From positions 45,354 through 109,353 of the forward strand of contig JBMONO010000034.1 of the NCBI GenBank assembly GCA_049323655.1: a DNA stretch of 64,000 nt, given 5' to 3'. Positions 19,899 to 28,898 of this stretch are shown here, piece by piece. The stretch is from Thermodesulfobacteriota bacterium (GTDB taxonomy: Bacteria; Desulfobacterota; Desulfobulbia; Desulfobulbales; SURF-16). How positions within the stretch are numbered: the first letter of the stretch is position 1; every line of letters starts with the position of its first letter. Below the pieces are notes generated by a model, which saw nothing but the letters and a program-made list of their open reading frames with translations, did not search any database and had not been told where the DNA came from. The translations under genes and the position numbers were made by a program.

Positions 19899-22010
19899 AT
19901 GCAGCCCAGCAAATTTGACATAGCCGCCTACTGCCGGAAGATGGAAAAACTCATCGGTGGCCAGGAGGGACAGGCGGCCCTCTTCTGGAAGGCGCTTTCC
20001 TTTTCGGTTGATGCGCACCAGAATCAGAAGCGTAAGTCCGGTGAGGCGTATGTCAGTCACCCCTGCCAGGTGGCTCTCATCCTGGTGGATGAGCTTGGGG
20101 TCATGGATCCGGCTACTTTGGCGGCGGCCATGTTGCATGATACGATCGAGGATGTTCCTGAGGTTACCACCGATCTCATCAGCTCCCTGTTCGGCAAGCA
20201 TGTAGCCGCCATTGTCGACGGCTGCACCAAGATCAGCCATTTTTCCGGTGACCGTCAGACCTTTTACAAGCTGGTGCACCGCAAGATCTTTTCCGGTGCC
20301 GCTTCTCGCATCGAGATCATGCTGATCAAGCTTGCCGATCGGCTCCACAATTTGCGTACCATGGCCTCCATGCCCAAGCACAAAAGGCAGAAGATCGCCG
20401 ATGAGACGCTCAACGTCTATGCCCCCATGGCCGGTGTGATGGGGCTTTTCGGTCTGAAGCGGGAACTTTACGACATTGCTTTGACCTACAAGTTTCCCCG
20501 GCAGAGTCAGAAGGTGCTTGCCCATATCCGCCATCTGCAGGCTCTGGAAGAAGGTAACAGAAGAGTGGTGGATACCCTGAAGGAGGCCTTTGAACAGTCC
20601 TGGGTGTCTGCCGATATCCGCCTGAAGGCCAAGGGACTCTGGGCCTATTACAACCCCATCGAAAACGTCCTGGTCCGGGATATTGAAAATCCGCTGGAGA
20701 TTATCATTGTCGTTGATGATCTCCAGTCCTGTTATCGGGCCCTTGGCATTATCAACCAGCATTTCCCGCCCATCCCCCGCACGATCCGTGACTTTATCGC
20801 CAATCCGAAACCCACCGGCTACAAGAGCCTGCATGCCCGGGCCAACATCAGGGGCCAGAATTACCTGTTCAAGATCAGAACTCTGCAGATGGTGCATGAC
20901 GCCAAAAAAGGGATCATCCGGGAATGGCTGTCCCTGGGCACGGTGCCGACCAGTTTCGAGCGGGAGATCCGTGAGATGTTCGGCATCCTCGGGACGGACG
21001 AGAGCCTTTCCTATCGAGAGATGATTGCCGCCAGCGGCAAAAAGGAGATTTACACCTTCACCCCGAAGGGAGACTGTCATTGCCTGCCGAGCCAGAGTAT
21101 TGTTCTTGATTTTGCTTTCAAGGTGCACACCGAGGTCGGCCTCCACTGCATCTCAGCAATGGTCGGCGGCAAAACGGTCAAACCTGATTATGTGTTAAAG
21201 GACGGGGATCGCATTCAGATCAATACCCAGGAGCGGCCGGTCAGATTTGACCCGGACATCCTCCATCGCTGTCAGACCCCACGTGCCCGTTCTGAGCTGG
21301 CCCGACTGTTCCGCCTGAAGCGGGAGGCACTGGCCCGCGACATCGGCCGATCGTTGTTGCGCCAGGAGCTGCAACGGTATGGGGTGCCTTTCGCCGTCCT
21401 CGACGCTGAAGAGACCATTGATATCCTTGAGTATTTCGGCAAGGAGAATCTTGCCGCCCTCTTTTTGGATGTTGGTCAGGGCAATCTGCGGCTCAAGGAG
21501 CTTGTTTATGAGATCACCCATGGACTCTATGCCGGCAGGGAGATGCTGCAGCCGCCGACCGGGGCGTTAAACAGTATTGACCTTGAATCCCTTGATCCGG
21601 AATGCGTCAAGCTTTCCCAGTGTTGCCAACCTCTGCCCGTTGACAAGAGTCTGCTTGGCCTGTTGAGCGAACGCGGACTTTCGGTCCACAAAAAAGAGTG
21701 CCCGAAGCTCAATGCCCTGAAGATTCAGCGGGAGGACGTGGTGGCAGTGCGCTGGAATCTCAAGAAGACCCTGCTGGAAAAGCCTCAGTCCCTGTTGATC
21801 TACAAAAATATCCCCCGCAACCGGATGTTCATGCTCCTCAGCGTCGCTCCGCTCGCCATGAAGATCAGCGAAGTGGTTGCTTTGTCGACCAGGCCGGAGA
21901 TCACCGCCTGGGAGGTCAATTTTACCGCGGAAACCCTGCAGGATTTGAAGAATATTCTCAACCATTTCAGCAAAAGTAAACTGGAATACGAATTCATCCT
22001 TGAGCTGTGA
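19899..22010 (+). CDS. Long RelA/SpoT homologue with intact hydrolase and degenerate synthetase; TGS and ZFD domains
   Basis: RKSGEAYVSHP, LHDTIED, KLADRLHN; TGS YTFTPKG...DFAFKVHTEVG; synthetase EIQIRT replaced by LFKIRT. Confidence 0.88.
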   Translation: MQPSKFDIAAYCRKMEKLIGGQEGQAALFWKALSFSVDAHQNQKRKSGEAYVSHPCQVALILVDELGVMDPATLAAAMLHDTIEDVPEVTTDLISSLFGKHVAAIVDGCTKISHFSGDRQTFYKLVHRKIFSGAASRIEIMLIKLADRLHNLRTMASMPKHKRQKIADETLNVYAPMAGVMGLFGLKRELYDIALTYKFPRQSQKVLAHIRHLQALEEGNRRVVDTLKEAFEQSWVSADIRLKAKGLWAYYNPIENVLVRDIENPLEIIIVVDDLQSCYRALGIINQHFPPIPRTIRDFIANPKPTGYKSLHARANIRGQNYLFKIRTLQMVHDAKKGIIREWLSLGTVPTSFEREIREMFGILGTDESLSYREMIAASGKKEIYTFTPKGDCHCLPSQSIVLDFAFKVHTEVGLHCISAMVGGKTVKPDYVLKDGDRIQINTQERPVRFDPDILHRCQTPRARSELARLFRLKREALARDIGRSLLRQELQRYGVPFAVLDAEETIDILEYFGKENLAALFLDVGQGNLRLKELVYEITHGLYAGREMLQPPTGALNSIDLESLDPECVKLSQCCQPLPVDKSLLGLLSERGLSVHKKECPKLNALKIQREDVVAVRWNLKKTLLEKPQSLLIYKNIPRNRMFMLLSVAPLAMKISEVVALSTRPEITAWEVNFTAETLQDLKNILNHFSKSKLEYEFILEL

Positions 22011-22027
22011 TCTGCCCATTTTTTCTC

Positions 22028-22717
22028 TCAACCGAGCCGGGTCTCGCCATCTGCAAGTGCGGTCAGTGCCTGTTCGTCGAGAATGGTGATGCGACTCCCC
22101 TCCGTGGCGATGATGCTCTGGCTGGACATTCTGCTCAGAATGCGTGACAGCGTTTCCGGAATGGTGCCAAGGAGGCTGGCAAGCTGGGTGCGGGAGACGG
22201 CCAGCTCCACCCGGTTTCCATCCCCTTCACGCTCCCGGGCCAGCAGAAGATAGGCCGCGAGCCGGCCCGGCACCTCCTTCAGTGACAGGGTTTCGATCAG
22301 GTGGGCAAATTGTTTCAGTCGGAAAGAGAGGGTGGCCAGCATGTTCATGGCGAGGGAAGGATGGGCGCTGATCAATTCGATAAAGGCCTGACGCGGAAAA
22401 AAGAAGATACGGCTTTTTTCCAGGGCTATGGCATTGGCGGGATAGGGTGAGCCGGTAAACACCGCTACTTCGGCAAAGGGTTCGCCGGGACCGAATATAT
22501 GAAGGATCTGCTCCTTACCATCCATTGACAGCTTGAAGATCTTTACCCGGCCGCTGATGACGACAAAAAAGCCATTACCCGGTTCCCCTTCGGAAAAAAT
22601 CGGCGTTGCGCGGGCAACCTCCTGATCGACGACGATCATCGCCAGTTCGTCGTAGTCGTCTCCGCGCATTCCTTGAAAGAGCGGGATCGCGGCAACAAGG
22701 TCACGGATTTTCGTCAT
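22028..22717 (-). CDS. Crp/Fnr-family regulator (HcpR/Dnr-like)
   Basis: cNMP-binding fold (IFSEGEPG..F.VVISGRVK, GEPFAEVA) and HTH with PETLSR. Confidence 0.92.
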   Translation of the reverse strand: MTKIRDLVAAIPLFQGMRGDDYDELAMIVVDQEVARATPIFSEGEPGNGFFVVISGRVKIFKLSMDGKEQILHIFGPGEPFAEVAVFTGSPYPANAIALEKSRIFFFPRQAFIELISAHPSLAMNMLATLSFRLKQFAHLIETLSLKEVPGRLAAYLLLAREREGDGNRVELAVSRTQLASLLGTIPETLSRILSRMSSQSIIATEGSRITILDEQALTALADGETRLG

Positions 22718-23531
22718 TTTTGTCCTCTTCTGTCATGGTAAAGGCCAGCATGACCCCACCGCTTTTTCTGAGCCAGACCGGCATGGTGAACAGTTCGCTC
22801 CCGTTAACCGTCGTAACGGTTGCTATCATCCGCAGTCCCCGTTCTTCCCGGATCAGCCCGTGGAGTCCAATGGCCTGGAAAGCCGGCATTTCTGAACCCG
22901 GTGTAGCCTTTTTCACCGCCTCTTTGGCAGACCAGATGGCGGTGAGGGCTGCCTGGCTTCCGTATATCGTGTCGAGTTCTCTGAGTGTCCACCGGTCATT
23001 GGTGCTGACAAAACGTTCCTGTACCCGTGCCACCGTCGGTGTTATGGACTGGATATCGATCCCGCAGTGTCGGTCGGCCACGAGGGCCACCGCCCGCCTG
23101 CCGCCGTGCGATATCGATACGTGCAACCGACGGTTTGGAGAATGACCGTCTTGCCAGCTGATCTCCGGTTTCCCTGTTCCGTTCGCCACAATCGCAATCA
23201 TTTTTCCCATCTCCTCTCCTGTTGCGATGTTGATCTTGATGCCGCCGGTCTGCAGGGCCGCATATTTTGCCGCCAGCCGGCCACCCAGCCATTCGATTTT
23301 TCTTTTTTCCAGCTGATAGCCGGCGAACTGCTGCATTTCACCATCGGTCAGCCACCCTGAGTCGACGACGGTTACCGTCGTCCGGGCGAGAAGGGTTTGC
23401 AGTCGGGCCAAGTCGACGATAGCAAGGGTGAACTGCTGCGACAATTCCGTCACCGACGGCCAGGCCCGCCGGGTGAGAGCCGTGCCGTCGCACAGTGGCA
23501 GTGTCCTCCTTTTTCTTTTGTTCTTATCCAT
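22701..23531 (-). CDS. Sfp-type 4'-phosphopantetheinyl transferase
   Basis: RKIEWLGGRLAAK, VSISHG, CGIDIQ, WSAKEAVKK; start uncertain. Confidence 0.8.
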   Translation of the reverse strand: MDKNKRKRRTLPLCDGTALTRRAWPSVTELSQQFTLAIVDLARLQTLLARTTVTVVDSGWLTDGEMQQFAGYQLEKRKIEWLGGRLAAKYAALQTGGIKINIATGEEMGKMIAIVANGTGKPEISWQDGHSPNRRLHVSISHGGRRAVALVADRHCGIDIQSITPTVARVQERFVSTNDRWTLRELDTIYGSQAALTAIWSAKEAVKKATPGSEMPAFQAIGLHGLIREERGLRMIATVTTVNGSELFTMPVWLRKSGGVMLAFTMTEEDKNDENP

Positions 23532-23578
23532 TATTGCGGGTATAGTGGATGCAATTTTTGCTGGTAGGGTGCCACGAC

Positions 23579-24142
23579 ATGTCCATGCTTGATTTCATCA
23601 TCATTTTTTTAGTTGCCGTTTTCCTTGTCAGGGGAATCTGGATCGGCTTTGTCCGACAGCTCGCCTCCATCGCTGCGCTGGTGCTGGGTTTTGTCATTGC
23701 CGGCCGTTGTTATGGCGAATCGGCCGCTTTTGTCACTCCTTTTGTCCGTGACCCTCAGCTCGGTTTTTTTATTGCGTATCTGGTTCTTTTTGCCGCCGTC
23801 TTCGGGGCCGTCATTCTGCTCGGCGTTTTTCTTCGCCAGGTCGTCACCCTTTCGCTGCTCGGCTGGTTTGACCGGATGCTGGGTGGTGTTTTCGGCATCG
23901 CCAAGGCTGCACTGCTCTCCTGTCTGCTGGTTATGTCTGCAGGTCTCGTCGTCTCGGGCTCCCACCCTTTTTTCCGCAGCTCGTCCCTTTATCCCTATCT
24001 GGAAAACGGCTCACAATTGCTGCTCATCCTCATTCGCGACCGCCAGCTCCGCGACTCCCTCTGGCCCCGGCTGCCCGCTATCGTCCCTATGTCTGATTCC
24101 CCGGTACAAACGGGCAAGCCGGTCCGGAGTGGCGCCGAGTAA
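23579..24142 (+). CDS. cvpA: CvpA-family membrane protein
   Basis: LDFIII...RGIWIGFVRQL, DRMLGGVFGIAK; four hydrophobic segments. Confidence 0.88.
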   Translation: MSMLDFIIIFLVAVFLVRGIWIGFVRQLASIAALVLGFVIAGRCYGESAAFVTPFVRDPQLGFFIAYLVLFAAVFGAVILLGVFLRQVVTLSLLGWFDRMLGGVFGIAKAALLSCLLVMSAGLVVSGSHPFFRSSSLYPYLENGSQLLLILIRDRQLRDSLWPRLPAIVPMSDSPVQTGKPVRSGAE

Positions 24143-24781
24143 AAAACCCGCAACCATCAGCTGATTGAGCAGTGTTGTTCGTATTATCCCCAGTTGCCGC
24201 CAGCGTCGGTCCGAGGTCAGGGCGGTTTCGGCAAGCAGTCTGATTCTCCCTTTTTTGCGAAGACGGCGGACCAGGCAGAAGTCTTCCATGATCGGCATCT
24301 CGGGATATCCACCGAGTTCAATAAAATCCACTCTTTTCAGAAAGATGCCCTGATCGCCGTAGGGCAGTTTCAGGAGGCGAGCGCGAAGGTTTGCCAGTTT
24401 GGCGATCAAGCGCAGCCCGCCGCCTGGCCCGTCGATACCCAGGCGAAACGCGCCGGCAATCCATTTTCCCGATGTCATGGTCTCTTCCACTGCTGCCATG
24501 AATCCATTTGGCAGACGTGTGTCGCCATGGAGAAACAGCAGGATATCGCCCCTTGCCGCTGTTGCACCGACGTTCATTTGCCTGGCCCGGCCCTTTTCCG
24601 TTTCCATCACCATGGCCCCTTGCTGTGCTGCGATATCCCTGGTACGGTCGGAGCTGCCGCCGTCAACGACCACGATTTCCAGGCCTTGAGCGCTCCCCAG
24701 GGAGTGCAGGGTGCGGCCGATATACTCCTCTTCGTTGTACACCGGAATGATGATGGTAAGAATCGGCTTTTTCCTGTCCAT
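24011..24781 (-). CDS. GT2 glycosyltransferase, TIGR04283 type (rSAM/selenodomain- and arsenosugar-associated)
   Basis: IIIPVYNEE, VVDGGSSD, GRARQMN.GA, FLHGDT, LPYGDQGIF, GGYPEMPIMED, SDRRW. Confidence 0.88.
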   Translation of the reverse strand: MDRKKPILTIIIPVYNEEEYIGRTLHSLGSAQGLEIVVVDGGSSDRTRDIAAQQGAMVMETEKGRARQMNVGATAARGDILLFLHGDTRLPNGFMAAVEETMTSGKWIAGAFRLGIDGPGGGLRLIAKLANLRARLLKLPYGDQGIFLKRVDFIELGGYPEMPIMEDFCLVRRLRKKGRIRLLAETALTSDRRWRQLGIIRTTLLNQLMVAGFLLGATPDRLARLYRGIRHRDDSGQPGPEGVAELAVANEDEQQL

Positions 24782-24786
24782 TATTG

Positions 24787-25440
24787 TCAGATGTCGATCC
24801 CGGTGAGTAGCTCAGGTAAGTTATTTGCCAGCAGGGCCAGATCTTCCGGCCGGTCGATGTCGGGCAGCGGTGGCAGCATGGCAACGGTTATGTTGTGCGC
24901 TTTGCACTTGTCCATCGTCTGCCGCAGAACACCTTCCCCTCCCCAGTTTATGTTCTCCCACAGAAGATCAGCCGGTCTGTTCAGGCCGAGCAGATAATAG
25001 CCGCCGTCATGGGCCGGGCCGATTACCGCATCCCGCGTCCCCAGCAAGTTAAAGGCCTCGTCAAGCAATTCTGCGGTGAGAAAGGGGCAATCAGCGCCGA
25101 TGATGACGGTGCGGGCCGCATCGCAGGCAAATGCCGTGTTGACCGCATGGCGCATCCGCATGCCTAGATCTCCCCCGTGCTGTTTTTTGACGGCGCATCC
25201 GATCGGCACCCACCTTCGGACTTCTTTAGTTGACCCGCCGTCGAAATAAACTTCGACCCGCAGTGCCCGCTTTTCCTGCATTGCCAGGGCCTGTCTATAC
25301 ATCAGTTCAGTCATCCGCTGCTGGAGTCTGGCCGCCCCTTCTGCGCCCAAGGCCGGGATCAGCCGCGTTTTGACCAAGCCCGGGCGCGGGTAGCGGGTAA
25401 ATAGTAATAGCGTTTCGAGGGGAAGATTTGGTAGTGTCAT
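24787..25440 (-). CDS. TIGR04282-type (DUF2064, CofC-like) transferase
   Basis: FTRYPRPGLVKTRLIP, QHGGDLGMRM, IGADCP, GPAHDGGYYLLG, DIDRPEDL. Confidence 0.88.
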   Translation of the reverse strand: MTLPNLPLETLLLFTRYPRPGLVKTRLIPALGAEGAARLQQRMTELMYRQALAMQEKRALRVEVYFDGGSTKEVRRWVPIGCAVKKQHGGDLGMRMRHAVNTAFACDAARTVIIGADCPFLTAELLDEAFNLLGTRDAVIGPAHDGGYYLLGLNRPADLLWENINWGGEGVLRQTMDKCKAHNITVAMLPPLPDIDRPEDLALLANNLPELLTGIDI

Positions 25441-25488
25441 CCTGGTTGCTGAAGTTCCTGTCTCTGGTTACCTCGCTGATCACGGACC

Positions 25489-26268
25489 ATGAAAAGAAAA
25501 CGCAATAAAGAAAAGAGAATAGACCCCCTTTCCTATCGGGAACGCCATTACCGGCAACGGGTGACTACCGACGGCCTGATCCCTTACCGGGTGACAGTCT
25601 GTGAGACCGATCTGCTTATCCTGGCCGATCATGATGTCCGCGAGGATGCTACCAGGCTTGTCCTCCATTACCGATCCCAGCTGGAGGGTTATATTTCCCG
25701 TTTTCCCGATTTTCTCTCCTCTCTAGTTCCTTTGCCGGAGGACACATTAGCCTGTCCGATTGCTCGCGCCATGCTATGGGCCGGCAGGGTCGCTGGCGTT
25801 GGGCCGATGGCGGCGGTGGCCGGTGCCATCGCTGAATATGTCGGCACCGATCTGATCCGCTCCGGGGTAACCGGCGAAATTCTCATTGAAAACGGCGGTG
25901 ACATTTTTGTCTCTCGGCAGCGGTCCTGCTCTGTGGCAATTTATTCCGGAGCCTCGCCGCTCAGCAACAGGATCGGTATCCGGATTTCGACCGCCCTCAT
26001 GCCCCTCGGCGTCTGTACCTCATCCGGCACTATTGGTCACTCGCTGAGCTTCGGACAGGCCGACTCGGTTACCGTGCTGGCGCGCTCGACGCCGCTGGCC
26101 GATGCAGCTGCCACCCGGATCGGCAACGAGATAAAGGCGCGAACCGATATCGAGCATGCCCTGGCCGTTGCCCGCGCCCTTCCCGGACTGATCGGGGTGG
26201 TGATTGTTCACCATGACCAGCTCGGCATCTGGGGCGACATCGAACTGGTCCCTTTAACGGGCGGCTGA
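25489..26268 (+). CDS. UPF0280 family ApbE-like protein
   Basis: VGPMAAVAGAIAE, IENGGDI, GVCTSSGTIGHSLSFGQADSV, ADAAATRIGN. Confidence 0.88.
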   Translation: MKRKRNKEKRIDPLSYRERHYRQRVTTDGLIPYRVTVCETDLLILADHDVREDATRLVLHYRSQLEGYISRFPDFLSSLVPLPEDTLACPIARAMLWAGRVAGVGPMAAVAGAIAEYVGTDLIRSGVTGEILIENGGDIFVSRQRSCSVAIYSGASPLSNRIGIRISTALMPLGVCTSSGTIGHSLSFGQADSVTVLARSTPLADAAATRIGNEIKARTDIEHALAVARALPGLIGVVIVHHDQLGIWGDIELVPLTGG

Positions 26269-26310
26269 GTCGACGCGCCGTCTGCCTACCCACGCCAACC
26301 GCTCTTTCCG

Positions 26311-27006
26311 TTATACAGGTTTTTCCTCCTCCAGTTCCATTAGTTCCTTAAAAAAGATGATGGACGGAAATCTCCTTGAATAGACTACTGGTCTGGTACT
26401 GCTTGATTTCGCCACATAGATCAGTGCCCTGATGCCGTAGGTTGCGGCACTTGCCAGGACTTTTTCGTTGTCGTCAGCGAGCATGGTGGTGTTTTTGTCA
26501 AAGTCAATAAAGTCATGCAGTTTTCTCCAGAATTGCGGGTTTTCCTTGGCAATGCCCACCTCTTCGGAGCAGACGATTTTATCAAAGTGCGATTCGATCT
26601 CGGTTTTCGCCATTTTGATGGAGATGGTGCGGCTGTGGGCGTTGGTCACCAGGTAGATTTTCTTCCCCATTTCCCGGCAGTATTCGAGAAAATCGATAAC
26701 ATAGGGGTGCACCTGGATGAGATGGTGCAGCCTTCGCTTCATGTCGGCAATGTCGAGTCCGAGTTCGCTTGACCAGTAGTCAATGTCGGTCCATTTCAGG
26801 CTTCCTTCGTGGCTTTTGTATTTTGCCATCAGCTCTTCGTAGGCCTGCCAGAAATTGATATTGTTTTCCCTGGCATAGATTTCCGGGACATGCTCCTCCC
26901 AGAAATAATCGTCAAAATGACGATCGAGCAGGGTGCCGTCCATGTCAAGCAGCACTGTCTCGATGTTTTTCCAGTTTATTTGCGGAACCAGTTTTTTCGC
27001 CAGCAT
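26311..27006 (-). CDS. HAD-family GMP/IMP nucleotidase (YrfG-like)
   Basis: LLDMDGTLLDRHFDDYFW, LVTNAH, ADDNE. Confidence 0.88.
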   Translation of the reverse strand: MLAKKLVPQINWKNIETVLLDMDGTLLDRHFDDYFWEEHVPEIYARENNINFWQAYEELMAKYKSHEGSLKWTDIDYWSSELGLDIADMKRRLHHLIQVHPYVIDFLEYCREMGKKIYLVTNAHSRTISIKMAKTEIESHFDKIVCSEEVGIAKENPQFWRKLHDFIDFDKNTTMLADDNEKVLASAATYGIRALIYVAKSSSTRPVVYSRRFPSIIFFKELMELEEEKPV

Positions 27007-27741
27007 TTATCGCCCCAATCGGTTTATGATATCGCCCACCGTTTCATTGCCGATTTTTTCTCTGGCAATGACAGCCAGCAGGTCACTTATTTCCCTTGCC
27101 TCCTTCGGCAGGAGGAGGAATCCTGGTATCCTTTCCGCCTGCAGAATTTTTTCGTGCGCCGTTCTGATTCTTTCTCTTTTTTTCATTCGTTTCAGGATAT
27201 CCGCCTGTTCCGGTCGGCAACACATCACTCGCAGCACCTCAATGAGGTTCCCCCATATCCTGCCTTGGCCGATGTGCTCGATAAGTTGCAGCATTACCGT
27301 GTTGATCGTAACGATGCGTCCCGGCAGGGTTGCCTCGCCGCTGCTGCAGTTGTTTTGCGAAAAGAAACTTCGGCAGGAAAAGGGCCGCGCCGTATAAACG
27401 GTGCAGTTGTTTTTCTCCAGTAATGGGCAGGGAAGTGCCGGCTGATGCACTGTTTCTTTTGTTTCGATCACCCGTCGCTGCAGGCAGATTCGGGCGGCAG
27501 CGTTGGTGGTCATGGAAGGTGTGGCGGTTACCGGCGCCCTGTCGAGCATATCAGCGAACCAATCGATTTTTCCCGATGACCGTACGTGGTTGAGAATGCC
27601 TTCCGCTTCGCATTCTGTCATCATGACGTTCGCTGTGCAGCAGGCCGCGCAGCCTTGATGGCAATAAAAGTTCTCCCGCTTCAGCCATTGGGCATGATGC
27701 TGATAGAGTATGGCCAGAATGTCGGCCTCGTTATTTCGCAT
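27007..27741 (-). CDS. YkgJ-family cysteine-cluster protein
   Basis: CHQGCAACC...CPLL...CTVYTARPFSCR; start 27741 preceded by AAGGA. Confidence 0.8.
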   Translation of the reverse strand: MRNNEADILAILYQHHAQWLKRENFYCHQGCAACCTANVMMTECEAEGILNHVRSSGKIDWFADMLDRAPVTATPSMTTNAAARICLQRRVIETKETVHQPALPCPLLEKNNCTVYTARPFSCRSFFSQNNCSSGEATLPGRIVTINTVMLQLIEHIGQGRIWGNLIEVLRVMCCRPEQADILKRMKKRERIRTAHEKILQAERIPGFLLLPKEAREISDLLAVIAREKIGNETVGDIINRLGR

Positions 27742-27751
27742 TTTTCGTTCC

Positions 27752-27972
27752 TTACAGGACGTCGTCCGGCACAAGGCGCATGCTCAACCAGATCAGCAAC
27801 GCGGAGAAGGTGGCGTCATCGATCAGCCCGAAGCCGAACAAAACGTCCGGAAGGTGTCAGCGGGCACCAGCAGGTAAATCAAGGCGGCGGCAAACAGCAG
27901 TTTGGCCACCCAGGGTGTTCCGCGGTCGGTCATTATTTTCAGATACCGGACAGAGCGGTGCAGCCGTTCCAT
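27752..27972 (-). pseudogene. YkvA/DUF1232 small membrane protein with a one-base frameshift near 27855
   Basis: First frame MERLHRSVRYLKIMTDRGTPWVAKLLFAAALIYLLVPAD; shifted frame continues LPDVLFGFGLIDDATFSALLIWLSMRLVPDDVL-stop, together completing the DUF1232 P.D.LPD..G.G.IDD pattern. Confidence 0.75.
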
Positions 27973-27976
27973 GCGA

Positions 27977-28898
27977 TCAGGTGAGGACAGCGCCGATGAG
28001 ATCCCGCACATCGGCAATGCCATGGTGTGACAGGTGATTGGCCAGTTCCTGAACCAGATTTCCCGAAATTGCCGGATTGATCAGGTTTGCCGTCCCGATC
28101 TGTACGGCGCTGGCTCCGGCCAGCAGAAATTCGATGACATCTTCGATGTTCATGATGCCGCCGATCCCGATCACCGGGATCTGCACCTGGCGCGCCACCT
28201 GCCACACCATCCGCAGCGCCACCGGTTTGATGGCAGGACCGGAAAGACCGCCTACCACATTGGCGAGCTTCGGCCGGCGGCTGTGGATATCAATGGCCAT
28301 GCCGAGCAGGGTGTTGATCAGGCTCACCGCTGTTGCCCCCCCCTGTTCTGCCGCCCTGGCCATGGCGCCGATATCGGTGACATTTGGGGAGAGCTTGATG
28401 ATAACCGGTTTGCTGGAGTTGCGGCTGACCTGTTTTGTCACCGTCTCCACCATAGTCGGATCAGTGCCGAATGCAACTCCACCCTGTTTGACGTTAGGGC
28501 AGGAGATATTGACCTCAATGGCAGCTATGGCGGATTCATTGCTTATCCGCTCGGCCAGTTGGCAGTACTCCTCCACGCTGTCGCCGAGGATATTGACGAC
28601 GACAGCACAGCGCAGTTGGTTGAGATATGGTATTTTTTCGGTGAGAAAGGCGTCGAGGCCGCCATTTTCGAGGCCGATCGCATTGAGCATGCCACAGGCG
28701 GTTTCCACAACCCCGGGGGGGGGGGTTGCCGGGTCGCGGATAAAGGGAAACGCCTTTGACGACAATGGCGCCAAGCCTGTCCAGATCGACAAAGTCGCTG
28801 AACTCCTTGCCGTACCCGAAGGTGCCGGAGGCTGTCATGATGGGATTTTGCAGGGTGAGACCACCTACTTTGACAGAGAGGTTGGTTTTCATGGCCAT
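27977..28898 (-). CDS. pyrD: Dihydroorotate dehydrogenase B catalytic subunit, split by a +1 frameshift at the C4G11 run (28711-28725)
   Basis: N-part [13 protein letters not shown]...VKG in one frame; C-part [24 protein letters not shown] in another. Confidence 0.92.
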
